From Clostridiales bacterium (GTDB lineage Bacteria; Bacillota; Clostridia; Oscillospirales; Oscillospiraceae), in contig JAJUJI010000009.1 in the NCBI GenBank assembly GCA_029265405.1, forward strand, positions 1-64,000: a DNA stretch of 64,000 nucleotides, given 5' to 3'. The translations under genes were made by a program, and so were the position numbers. Shown here one piece after another: positions 46,741 to 54,993 of the stretch. Below the pieces are notes generated by a model that had not been told where the DNA came from, searched no databases, and saw only the letters and a list, made by a program, of their open reading frames with translations. Each line of letters opens with the position of its first letter. Positions within the stretch are counted from its first letter, which is position 1.

Positions 46741-46866
46741 TTTACATGTGCGTTCATAATGCGCCTTTTATATTAACTTAATATAAACACGCAGCAGATT
46801 GAATAATAGCGTGTTTAAAAGCGCATGTCAAGTCAAATGTCGGCGCGGTGCCGCGCATATATTTTA

Positions 46867-47742
46867 TCAGGCGCGCGGCAGCCTGAATCTTGCCTCCGTT
46901 TTCGCCTCAATTATAAGCGTTTTTCCAGTGACGGGATGCGTTATTTCCAGCACGCCGGCGTGCAGCCCCAGCCTGCCCAGGGGGTCGCTTGACGCCCCGT
47001 ATTTTTTATCTCCCGCAACTGGATGTCCCAGCTCCTTCATATGCACCCTGATCTGGTTTTTCCGGCCGGTTTTCAGCAGGACCTTCAAAAGCGAATATGC
47101 CGCGTTTTCCTCAAGCACCTCGTATTCCGTTACGGCAAGCTTTCCATCTCCAAACCGGGAGGAATAAACCATATGGCTTGACGTTTCGCTGAGCCTCGTT
47201 TCTATGCGGCCCTTCTTCTCTTCAAATACGCCTTGGCATATGGCAAGGTATTCCCTGCGCGGCGTATCCTCCCATCGGTTTTGAAGCGCGTCCCTGATTT
47301 CAGCGCTCTTGGCAAAAAGCAATACGCCGGAGGTTTCCTTATCCAGCCGGTGAACCACATAAACCGGACGCCCCAGCTGTTCCTTCAGCAGCCGGAAGGC
47401 CGTTTTTTCCTTTTCCGTATCCGTAGCGACGGAGAGCAGGCCCGCAGGCTTGTTCACCGCCAGCAGCGCCTCGTCCTCGTAGAGTATTTCAAGCTCCGAA
47501 GGCGCGGCTTTTACCGCAGCTCGGCGTATGGCGACAGTCTGTCCGCGCCTTACCGGATAGTCGTATCTTGTCGTCACTGCTCCGTCGACGGAGATCTGCC
47601 TGTGCTCAAGAAAGGACTTGAGCTTTCCTCTCGGCAGCTCGGGCAGGCTGCGTCTTATAAACTCAAGAAGCTTCGCGTCCTCCGCGGCCGTGAGCATTAT
47701 ATCGGGCTTTGCGGCTTTTAATCCGTAATTTCGAGTATACAT
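46867..47742 (-). CDS. RluA-family 23S rRNA pseudouridine synthase (S4 domain plus catalytic HRLD motif)
   Basis: VYVVHRLDKETSGVLLFAKS. Confidence 0.85.
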   Translation of the reverse strand: MYTRNYGLKAAKPDIMLTAAEDAKLLEFIRRSLPELPRGKLKSFLEHRQISVDGAVTTRYDYPVRRGQTVAIRRAAVKAAPSELEILYEDEALLAVNKPAGLLSVATDTEKEKTAFRLLKEQLGRPVYVVHRLDKETSGVLLFAKSAEIRDALQNRWEDTPRREYLAICQGVFEEKKGRIETRLSETSSHMVYSSRFGDGKLAVTEYEVLEENAAYSLLKVLLKTGRKNQIRVHMKELGHPVAGDKKYGASSDPLGRLGLHAGVLEITHPVTGKTLIIEAKTEARFRLPRA

Positions 47743-47794
47743 ACGCCAGCCCTCAGGCCCCTTCCTTTCGTATCAGCTTGATTTATGGCCGCGC

Positions 47795-48628
47795 TTATTG
47801 TTTCTTGAAATGGATCAAAGCCTGCGAAGCTTCGACAGCCCTTTCCGCTTCTTTCAGCGCCGCCTCCCTGTTAAGTGCCTTGGCTTTATTATCAGGCGTA
47901 AGCGCAATAAAGTATTCCAGGGTACCTTCATTGCCCGTCACGGGGCTGTGGGTAATGCCGCACACCTTATAATCCCGCCCTTCGCAAAAATCATAAAGAC
48001 CCATCAGTATCCCGCAGAGCAGCTCCGGTTCGGTCAGCTCGCCGCTCCTTCTGATTTCGGGGTCCTCCACTTCGAACAGAGGCTTGACCAGGCATACGGC
48101 CATGCCGGCTTCCCCAAGCATATCCGCGCATATGGGGATGGCCTTTTTCAGCGAAAGATACGACAGATCGAGCGTTATCAGCTCCGGCCCTGGAACCAGC
48201 TCGCGCAAGCGCGGATCAGCCAGGTTTGTCCTTTCCAGATTGACTACCCTCGGATCGGCCCGCAGCTTGCCGGCAAGCTGGCCGAAGCCGGCGTCCACTG
48301 CATAGACCTTTTGGGCGCCCTTTTGCAGAAGGCAGTCCGTAAAGCCTCCGGTGGAAGCGCCGCAGTCCAGCGCAACCTTTCCCGAAGCATCAATACCAAG
48401 CGTTTCAAGGGCTCCTTCCAGTTTCAGGCCGCCCTTGCTCACATATTTGCGCTTGTACGGCGTCCTAAGCCTAATAGGCTCCTCCGGCGAAACCGCCTCA
48501 CCGGGCGACAAGACCGGCCTGCCGCCCACAAGCACCTTGCGCTCCATGATCCATGCGGCGGCCTCCTTCTCGTCGTTGAACCAGTTTTCGTTCATAAGCC
48601 TTTCTATCGCGGATATTTTCTTTTTCAT
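47795..48628 (-). CDS. tlyA: TlyA-family rRNA 2'-O-methyltransferase (S4 plus FtsJ-like)
   Basis: KVALDCGASTGGFTDCLLQKGAQKVYAVD. Confidence 0.8.
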   Translation of the reverse strand: MKKKISAIERLMNENWFNDEKEAAAWIMERKVLVGGRPVLSPGEAVSPEEPIRLRTPYKRKYVSKGGLKLEGALETLGIDASGKVALDCGASTGGFTDCLLQKGAQKVYAVDAGFGQLAGKLRADPRVVNLERTNLADPRLRELVPGPELITLDLSYLSLKKAIPICADMLGEAGMAVCLVKPLFEVEDPEIRRSGELTEPELLCGILMGLYDFCEGRDYKVCGITHSPVTGNEGTLEYFIALTPDNKAKALNREAALKEAERAVEASQALIHFKKQ

Positions 48629-48649
48629 AATTCCTGCAACGCTGTTTGC

Positions 48650-49114
48650 TTAGGTTTTATTCCGGCATTCGGGGCAGTAGCCGTATATATCCAGCTTGTG
48701 CCCCTCAATCACAAAGTCCGTTTCCTCAGCCAGCTCCCTCTCAAAGCTCTCCAAAGGGCAGCCTTCTATCGCCATAGTTTTCCTGCAGCCAAGACAAACG
48801 AGATAATGCTTGTGGCCTATGGCGTTCAGCTCGAAAAGCGCCTTGCTTTCTCCGGTTATGCTCAGCTTTTTAACAAGATTTTTTTCGGTCATAGCATCGA
48901 GCGTCCTGTAAACGGTCGAAATGTTAAGCGATATCCCCCTGCTCTTAAGCTCCATATAGACCTCGTCGGCCGATGCCGGCCTATCGTTTTGCTTTAAAAT
49001 ATCAAGTATGGCGCAGCGGCTTTTAGTGCTTTTCAAGCCGCTGGCTCTGATTTCTTTATTCAGCTCCGCCTTTTCCACAGCCTGCCCTCCGTCCGTTTCC
49101 CTTAATATACTCAA
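48650..49114 (-). CDS. Fur-family metalloregulator (specificity unknown; Fur/Zur/PerR)
   Basis: Winged HTH, HxH and two CxxC motifs (CLGC...CPEC). TTG start. Confidence 0.8.
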   Translation of the reverse strand: MSILRETDGGQAVEKAELNKEIRASGLKSTKSRCAILDILKQNDRPASADEVYMELKSRGISLNISTVYRTLDAMTEKNLVKKLSITGESKALFELNAIGHKHYLVCLGCRKTMAIEGCPLESFERELAEETDFVIEGHKLDIYGYCPECRNKT

Positions 49115-49249
49115 TCAACCTCGCGCTTTTCCAAGCTTTTTCCTTTGGCATTCAATTTATCATATTTTCCCTCGTTTGTCCAACTTCATTTGCTTCACGC
49201 AGGCGGAGCATGAATGTGAACATTTTTTAAATTTCAACCAACAGTTTAG

Positions 49250-49277
49250 TTGCAATTGGGCAAAGATATGCTATAAT
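49250..49277 (+). promoter_or_regulatory. Near-consensus sigma-A promoter (TTGCAA-N16-TATAAT) driving the small ORF
   Basis: TTGCAA at 49250-49255, TATAAT at 49272-49277. The GGAAGGAGGAG Shine-Dalgarno is at 49293-49303. Confidence 0.6.
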
Positions 49278-49307
49278 GTGAAAAAACAAATGGGAAGGAG
49301 GAGAGCT

Positions 49308-49409
49308 CATGCCGGGATCCTATGTCGATATCGACTGCAGCGCAAAATTTAATATTGCAAACGGAGCGTCGGCGTGTACTCTCATGTCGCGCCGGCACAT
49401 CCGGGATTG
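49308..49409 (+). CDS. Unannotated small ORF, 33 codons (MPGSYVDIDCSAKFNIANGASACTLMSRRHIRD), three Cys; leader peptide or small protein
   Basis: Strong promoter and Shine-Dalgarno. Absent from the ORF track because it is under 60 aa. Contains the perfect 12-bp palindrome GTCGATATCGAC. Confidence 0.4.
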
Positions 49410-49438
49410 ACGACCTTTCGAGATTGCTGTATTTTTCC

Positions 49439-49528
49439 GGGCACCGATGAGTCGGTGCCCTTTTCACGCTGGGGCGCGGCAAACCGCGCCATGCGGCAGG
49501 CGGTTCGGGGCGCCTGCCGCTTTTTTTT
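49439..49528 (+). terminator. Three tandem GC-rich hairpins; the last is a strong intrinsic terminator (GCGGCAGGCG-loop-CGCCTGCCGC followed by T8)
   Basis: H1 49439-49464, H2 49473-49490, H3 49493-49528. The XRE ATG at 49544 is only 15 nt after the T-run. Confidence 0.65.
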
Positions 49529-49543
49529 GGGGGATTAGCGGCG

Positions 49544-49783
49544 ATGTATATAAATTTGGGCAAAAGGATTTATCAATACAGGAAAATTAGGGGAATGACG
49601 CAGGAGGAGCTTTCACAAAGGCTGGGAGTAACTCCTCAGGCTGTATCCAAGTGGGAAAACGAGGTGTCCTGCCCGGACATAATGCTTTTGCCGGATTTGG
49701 CGGACGTATTTGACATTACCATTGACGAATTGTTTAGAGGTGAAAAAAGAAAAACATACGAACGGGAGCATGAGCTTTATTAG
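49544..49783 (+). CDS. XRE-family HTH transcriptional regulator (79 aa)
   Basis: HTH_3 motif (IRGMTQEELSQRLGVTPQAVSKWEN). Confidence 0.8.
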   Translation: MYINLGKRIYQYRKIRGMTQEELSQRLGVTPQAVSKWENEVSCPDIMLLPDLADVFDITIDELFRGEKRKTYEREHELY

Positions 49784-49922
49784 CTTGGCGGCAGCCGCTA
49801 ATAAGCGCGGCCGCATCGAGCTGTATTACCGCTCCGAAAACATAACCGAAGCGCTCGAAAGCATAAATGCGCGCAAAAATGCCGAAAGGCTGAAAGCGGA
49901 GCTTATGCTCAGGCAGCTTTGA
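49770..49922 (+). CDS. Possible small protein (50 aa) overlapping the 3' end of the XRE gene
   Basis: GGGAG Shine-Dalgarno 5 nt before the ATG. Helical, charged sequence. Listed in the ORF track as the longer 49710..49922. Confidence 0.3.
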   Translation: MSFISLAAAANKRGRIELYYRSENITEALESINARKNAERLKAELMLRQL

Positions 49923-49991
49923 CAATTGAGCAAAAAAAGGACCGCGGCCATCGTTTGCGCCGCGGCCCTTCCGCTGTCAATTGGGCTTTAT

Positions 49992-52184
49992 TTAAGATAC
50001 CTTCTCGAACTGGCTGTTGTAAAGCTGGGCGTAGAAGCCGTTGAGCGCCATCAGCTCATCGTGGGTACCCTGCTCGACTATATCCCCGTCCCTCATGCAG
50101 AGGATGAGATCCGCGTTTCTGATGGTGGACAGGCGGTGTGCGATTATAAAGCTCGTTCTTCCCTTCATCAAATTGTCCATGGCCTTCTGTATGAGTATTT
50201 CGGTCCTGGTGTCGACCGAGCTTGTCGCCTCGTCCAGTATCATCAGCTTGGTGTCGGCCAGGATTGCTCTGGCTATCGTAAGGAGCTGCTTTTGCCCGGC
50301 GGATATATTGCTGGTTTCCTCGTTAAGCACCATGTTGTAGCCTTCGGCCTGCGTCCTTATGAAAAAGTCCACCTGGGCGGCCTTCGCCGCCTCTATAACC
50401 TGCTCGTCGGTAGCGTCGAGCCTGCCGTAGCGTATGTTCTCCATGATGGTGCCGTTGTAAAGCCAGGTGTCCTGAAGCACCATACCTATCGCCGAACGCA
50501 GATCCTGTCTTGAAAACTCGCGGGTGTCGTGCCCGTCCAGATATATGGCGCCGCCCTGGAGGTCGTGGAAGCGCATGAGCAGCTTGACCATGGTGGTCTT
50601 TCCCGCTCCGGTAGGCCCGACTATGGCTATCTTCTGCCCGGCCTTGACCTTGGCGGAAAAATCGTGGATTATCGTCTCGCCCTCCTTGTAGCCGAAGCGC
50701 ACATGGCTGAACTCAACGTCGCCCTTTATATCCAGATCCTTTATTTTCAGCTTAACATCCTTGTCCTGCTCCTCGGCCTCGTTCAGGAACCTGAAGACAC
50801 GCTCGGCCGCCGCCGCAGTGGACTGAAGCTGGCTGGATATGTTCGCAACCTGAGTTATGGGCTGGTTGAAGCTCCTGACGTAGGTTATGAAGGCCTGTAT
50901 GCTGCCTATGGACAGCCTGCCACGGGCGCACATCGTCGCGCCGAGAACGCATATGGCTATATAGCCTATATTGCCGATAAAGTTCATTATCGGCATCATC
51001 ATGCCGGTCAGGAACTCCGCCTTCCAGGAAGCGTTGTATAAGCGCTCGTTCTCATAATCGAACTCGCGTATGGCCCGCTCCTCGCCGCAGAAGGCCTTTA
51101 GCACAGTCTGGCCGGCGTAGACCTCCTCGACGTAGCCGTTTACGGTGCCAAGCAGCTTCTGCCGCGCCCTGAAGTGCTTTTGCGATATGCCGACCATCAA
51201 GGCCGTAAACAAGCCGCTGAAGGGAAGCATGCAAATCGCTACCAGCGTAAGCTGCCAGCTTATTGACAGCATCATCACAAGCACGCCGACCAGCGTGACT
51301 ACCGACGTAATTATCTGCGTCAGGCACATGTTGAGGCTCTGGCTCACTGTATCCACGTCGTTGGTGATGCGGGACATGATCTCGCCGTTGGTCAGGGTGT
51401 GGAAGAAGTTCACCGGAAGCCTGTTTATCTTCTCCATTATTTGCCTGCGCAGGTTGTATGATATCTTGGTAGACATCTGGACTATCAGCAGGCCCTGCGC
51501 ATATGAAAGCAGCATGCTCAAAACGTACAGGCCTATCAGCAGCAGCATTATGCCGCTTATATAGCCGAAATCGACACCCTGCGTCCCGCCGGCGGATATG
51601 TTCATTACACCGCGCGCTATCTCGTCTGTTACCTTGGCAAGTATCTTGGGCAGCACCGTAGAAAGGAGCGTGGCGCAGGTGGAGAAAACGGCTACGAGCA
51701 GTATCAGCCATTTATAAACGAGAAGATACCTTATGAGCTGCTTCATGCTGCCCTTGAAATCCTTGGGCTTATCGCCTCTCATGCCGCCCATGGGACCGCC
51801 CGGTCCCCCCGGTCCCCTCGGCCCGCCCATCGGAGGGCCGCCTCTCCTCATCTCGCCGGGTTTTTCCGTTAGATCCGGCCTTACAAGCGGGCGGTAGGGC
51901 CGTTCCTCCTCGGCGCTTTCCTCCGCCATCTTAGCCATATTGCGCATCATGAGCTTCATAATCAGCTTCATCGGCCCCTTAGGCTGCGGGAAATCCGGCA
52001 TTTCCCCTTCCTTTCCCTCAGGCGGCTTGAAGCCCTCAGGCATTTTAAAGCCTTCGGGCGGCTTGAAACCCGGGGGCGGCATCTTGCCGCCCGGACCCTT
52101 AAAGCCGGCCGGCGGCTGGAAGCCCCTGTTCTCGTTGGAATCGGCCGTCCGGGTTTCATCTAAGATCTTTTTTTCTTCGCTCAC
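49992..52184 (-). CDS. ABC exporter (fused TMD-NBD, type I) with about 150-aa N-terminal Pro/Gly-rich repetitive extension
   Basis: GFKxP repeated 5 times, then a GGPxGPGGPGGPMGGMRG tract. Canonical 6-TM exporter core with Walker A GPTGAGKTT. 4-nt overlap with the upstream gene. Confidence 0.8.
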   Translation of the reverse strand: MSEEKKILDETRTADSNENRGFQPPAGFKGPGGKMPPPGFKPPEGFKMPEGFKPPEGKEGEMPDFPQPKGPMKLIMKLMMRNMAKMAEESAEEERPYRPLVRPDLTEKPGEMRRGGPPMGGPRGPGGPGGPMGGMRGDKPKDFKGSMKQLIRYLLVYKWLILLVAVFSTCATLLSTVLPKILAKVTDEIARGVMNISAGGTQGVDFGYISGIMLLLIGLYVLSMLLSYAQGLLIVQMSTKISYNLRRQIMEKINRLPVNFFHTLTNGEIMSRITNDVDTVSQSLNMCLTQIITSVVTLVGVLVMMLSISWQLTLVAICMLPFSGLFTALMVGISQKHFRARQKLLGTVNGYVEEVYAGQTVLKAFCGEERAIREFDYENERLYNASWKAEFLTGMMMPIMNFIGNIGYIAICVLGATMCARGRLSIGSIQAFITYVRSFNQPITQVANISSQLQSTAAAAERVFRFLNEAEEQDKDVKLKIKDLDIKGDVEFSHVRFGYKEGETIIHDFSAKVKAGQKIAIVGPTGAGKTTMVKLLMRFHDLQGGAIYLDGHDTREFSRQDLRSAIGMVLQDTWLYNGTIMENIRYGRLDATDEQVIEAAKAAQVDFFIRTQAEGYNMVLNEETSNISAGQKQLLTIARAILADTKLMILDEATSSVDTRTEILIQKAMDNLMKGRTSFIIAHRLSTIRNADLILCMRDGDIVEQGTHDELMALNGFYAQLYNSQFEKVS

Positions 52185-54361
52185 GCCAATTCCTCCTTCG
52201 TAAGCTGGCTTTCAGCTATTTCGCGGTACTCAGGACAGGAGGCCAGCAGCTCCCTATGCGTTCCCTTTCCGACTATGCGCCCCTCTTCCAGGACGATTAT
52301 CATATCGGCGTTCATTATGGTGCTTATGCGCTGCGCAACTATGAGTATGGTAGCGCCGCTGGTTGTTTCACGCAGCGCCCTTCTCAGCTTGGCGTCCGTT
52401 CTGAAGTCGAGGGCGGAAAAGCTGTCGTCAAAGATGTAAATTGGCGGGTTTTTAATAAGCGCCCTGGCAATGGCAAGCCTCTGCCTCTGACCGCCGGAAA
52501 CGTTGTCGCCGCCCTGGGCTATCTCCGTGGAGAGGCCGTTCCCGCTTTCGGAGCTGATAAAGTCGGCGGCTTGGGCAAGCTCCACCGCCCTGTACATCTC
52601 CTCATCGCGCGCGTCCTCCTTGCCGAGGCTGAGGTTTGTGGCAACGTCGCCGCTGAACAGTATGCCCTTCTGTGGTATGTAGCCGATATTGCCGCGCAGC
52701 TCCTTTAGCGACAGGTCGCGAATGTCCACACCGTCGAGCGTTATCGAGCCCGCAGTAACATCGTAAAACCTCGGCACAAGGTTTATGAGCGTGGATTTTC
52801 CGGAGCCTGTCGAGCCTATAAAGGCAACCGTCTGGCCCGGCTTGACTTCAAAGCTTATGTCCTCAAGCACACTTTTTTCGGCGTCGCCGTATTTGAAGGA
52901 CACATGGTCGAACACTATATGGCCGCGCGCCCTGCCTCCCAGTGCTTTGACGGTTTCCTTATCCTTAATTGAGGGCTCCGTGTCCAACACCTCGTTTACG
53001 CGGGTTATAGACACTATGGCCCTCGGGATCATAATAAACATCTGCGCTATCATCATGAAAGCCATGATAATCTGCATGACATACTGCATGAAGGCCAGCA
53101 TGTCGCCTATAGGCATTTGAAAATTCGCCACGGCCTTGCCGCCGACCCATACGATCAGCAGCGTTATGCCGCTCATGAGGAAGTTCATTATCGGGTTCAT
53201 CGTGGCCATGGTGCGCATTACGAACATCTGATTATTCATGATGTCCTTATTTGCCTTGTCGAAGCGCTCCTCCTCAAGCCTTTCGTTTCCAAAGGCCCTG
53301 ATGACTAAAAGGCCTGTAAGGCTCTCTCTTGCCACAAGGTTCAATCTGTCCGTCAGCTTCTGCATGATCTTGAAGCGCGGAACCACCAGCTTGAACATAA
53401 TTACCTGGAGGCTCATCATAAGCACCACGGCCACCGCTATTATCCAGCTCATGGAAACGCTTTTGCGCAGAGCCATGACTATTCCGCCTATTCCGAACAG
53501 CGGCGCCATGCACATCATCCTCAGGCCGAACATTGCCAGCATCTGTATCTGCTGCACGTCGTTGGTGCTCCTGGTTATAAGTGTGGCCGTTGAAAAGCGG
53601 TCCACATCCTCATGGGCAAAGTAGGCCACCTTCCTGTAGACGTCCCGCCTCAGCGCCCTGCCTATGCCCGCCGATACTCTGGCGCTGAAAAAGCCCGTCG
53701 CGATCATGGCCAGCCCGCTGAGCATGGAAAACAGCAGCATCAGGCCCCCGACCTTGAGTATGTAGTTCTGCTGTATCCGCAGTATGGTGGCTCCGAGATC
53801 CTTGTAGAACAGCTCGGTAAAGGTATTCCCCACGCTCGCCATCAGCGAGAAGCCGGCTTCCGAAGCCTTGTCGGCCGCCTCGCTTATCTGGTCTAGCGTT
53901 ATTCCGCCGGCTGTTTCATAAACCGCCGCCGGCTCCATTTTGCTGAAATCCTGTCCGCCCGAGCACAGGCTCAGGGTGTAGACAGCCAAATCGTAGGCCT
54001 GCGCCAGCATCGCAAGCCTGCCTTTGTCCGTTTCGGCCAGCACATAGGCCGCCTCGTCCTTAACGCCCGGATAGGTTTTCGCCAGCCTGCCGTCGGCCTG
54101 ACCCGCCTGCTTCAAAGCATAGCTGCTCTCTATCAGGCTCCTGCCTTCGGCGCTTGCAAATTTAAGCACCGTTCGGTAGGCATCCTCGCTCATCACCTCG
54201 GGAACGGCATCGTCAAGCCCTCTTTTTGTAATGCCGACGTTGACGATGTCGCTCATGAAGCTGGGCAGATACAGCTCCAGGATGGTCTGCGCAAACAGCG
54301 TGATTATGGCGGCGATAACCATCAGGGTGAAGGGCTTAACATACCTTAGAATCAGTTTCAA
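52181..54361 (-). CDS. ABC exporter (fused TMD-NBD) with about 150-aa insertion in the first extracellular loop
   Basis: TM1, then a long soluble insert before TM2. Walker A GSTGSGKST, LSGGQRQRLAIARAL signature. Confidence 0.8.
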   Translation of the reverse strand: MKLILRYVKPFTLMVIAAIITLFAQTILELYLPSFMSDIVNVGITKRGLDDAVPEVMSEDAYRTVLKFASAEGRSLIESSYALKQAGQADGRLAKTYPGVKDEAAYVLAETDKGRLAMLAQAYDLAVYTLSLCSGGQDFSKMEPAAVYETAGGITLDQISEAADKASEAGFSLMASVGNTFTELFYKDLGATILRIQQNYILKVGGLMLLFSMLSGLAMIATGFFSARVSAGIGRALRRDVYRKVAYFAHEDVDRFSTATLITRSTNDVQQIQMLAMFGLRMMCMAPLFGIGGIVMALRKSVSMSWIIAVAVVLMMSLQVIMFKLVVPRFKIMQKLTDRLNLVARESLTGLLVIRAFGNERLEEERFDKANKDIMNNQMFVMRTMATMNPIMNFLMSGITLLIVWVGGKAVANFQMPIGDMLAFMQYVMQIIMAFMMIAQMFIMIPRAIVSITRVNEVLDTEPSIKDKETVKALGGRARGHIVFDHVSFKYGDAEKSVLEDISFEVKPGQTVAFIGSTGSGKSTLINLVPRFYDVTAGSITLDGVDIRDLSLKELRGNIGYIPQKGILFSGDVATNLSLGKEDARDEEMYRAVELAQAADFISSESGNGLSTEIAQGGDNVSGGQRQRLAIARALIKNPPIYIFDDSFSALDFRTDAKLRRALRETTSGATILIVAQRISTIMNADMIIVLEEGRIVGKGTHRELLASCPEYREIAESQLTKEELA

Positions 54362-54421
54362 GCCTCTTTCTCCCTTTTCTGATTATATTTAGACCAGGGA
54401 TTTTCCCTTACTCTACAAAAT

Positions 54422-54991
54422 TTAATATGCCAGACCCGCTCTGAAGGCTCTGAGATTTATGTCTACGGTCTTTTGCGGAACCATGGAGGCAATCAGCCCC
54501 TCCCAATCGTACTCCTGGAGCCCAAGCGCCTTTACGAGAGCGCCCAGAATGCAGATGTTCTGCGCCTTGATGCTTCCAAGCTTTTCAGCCATATCGCTTG
54601 CAGGTATAACGGAAATGTCGCCCGCAACCTTCCGCAATTCCAAGTCGGCTTCACGCGGATATTCCGCCTGGCCGATTAGAACGGGCAAGGAGTATATCTC
54701 CCGCGCGTCCATTATTATTTTGCCGCCCTTTTTAAGATAAGGCAGCGCTCGCAGCGCCTCCGCCTTTTCAAACGCCGCAATCAGGTCGGCCTCTCCTTCC
54801 CCGATGTTGGGAGCGTAGACCTTGTCGCCGTATTTAAGCTGCGTGTTTACGGTGCCGCCGCGCTGGCTCATGCCGTGTATCTCGCTCATCTTTACTTCGT
54901 AGCCCATATCCGCAAGGGCGGAGGACAGTATTTTTGTGGTCAGGATCGTTCCCTGGCCGCCCACGCCCGTCAAAAGAATGCTTACGGTCAT
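54422..54991 (-). CDS. iorB: Indolepyruvate:ferredoxin oxidoreductase subunit beta
   Basis: Pyruvate/ketoisovalerate oxidoreductase gamma-domain family (LTGVGGQGTILTTKIL). Confidence 0.8.
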   Translation of the reverse strand: MTVSILLTGVGGQGTILTTKILSSALADMGYEVKMSEIHGMSQRGGTVNTQLKYGDKVYAPNIGEGEADLIAAFEKAEALRALPYLKKGGKIIMDAREIYSLPVLIGQAEYPREADLELRKVAGDISVIPASDMAEKLGSIKAQNICILGALVKALGLQEYDWEGLIASMVPQKTVDINLRAFRAGLAY

Positions 54992-54993
54992 CT

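Noticed and set aside
47798-48997. 399-aa plus-strand ORF spanning the tlyA and fur region
   Set aside because: Antisense to two well-supported genes (TlyA, Fur). Reads as shadow-ORF composition.
49008-49352. 114-aa plus-strand ORF across the fur start and intergenic region
   Set aside because: Overlaps the Fur N-terminus in antisense and runs through the promoter. The real coding unit here is the 33-codon ORF at 49308.
51760-52140. Repetitive GC-rich DNA (ggcttgaagcc / cttaaagcc units) that could be mistaken for a tandem repeat or CRISPR-like array
   Set aside because: The repeats are in-frame codons for the GFKxP / GGPGGP low-complexity N-terminus of the ABC exporter. Units are short, imperfect and coding.
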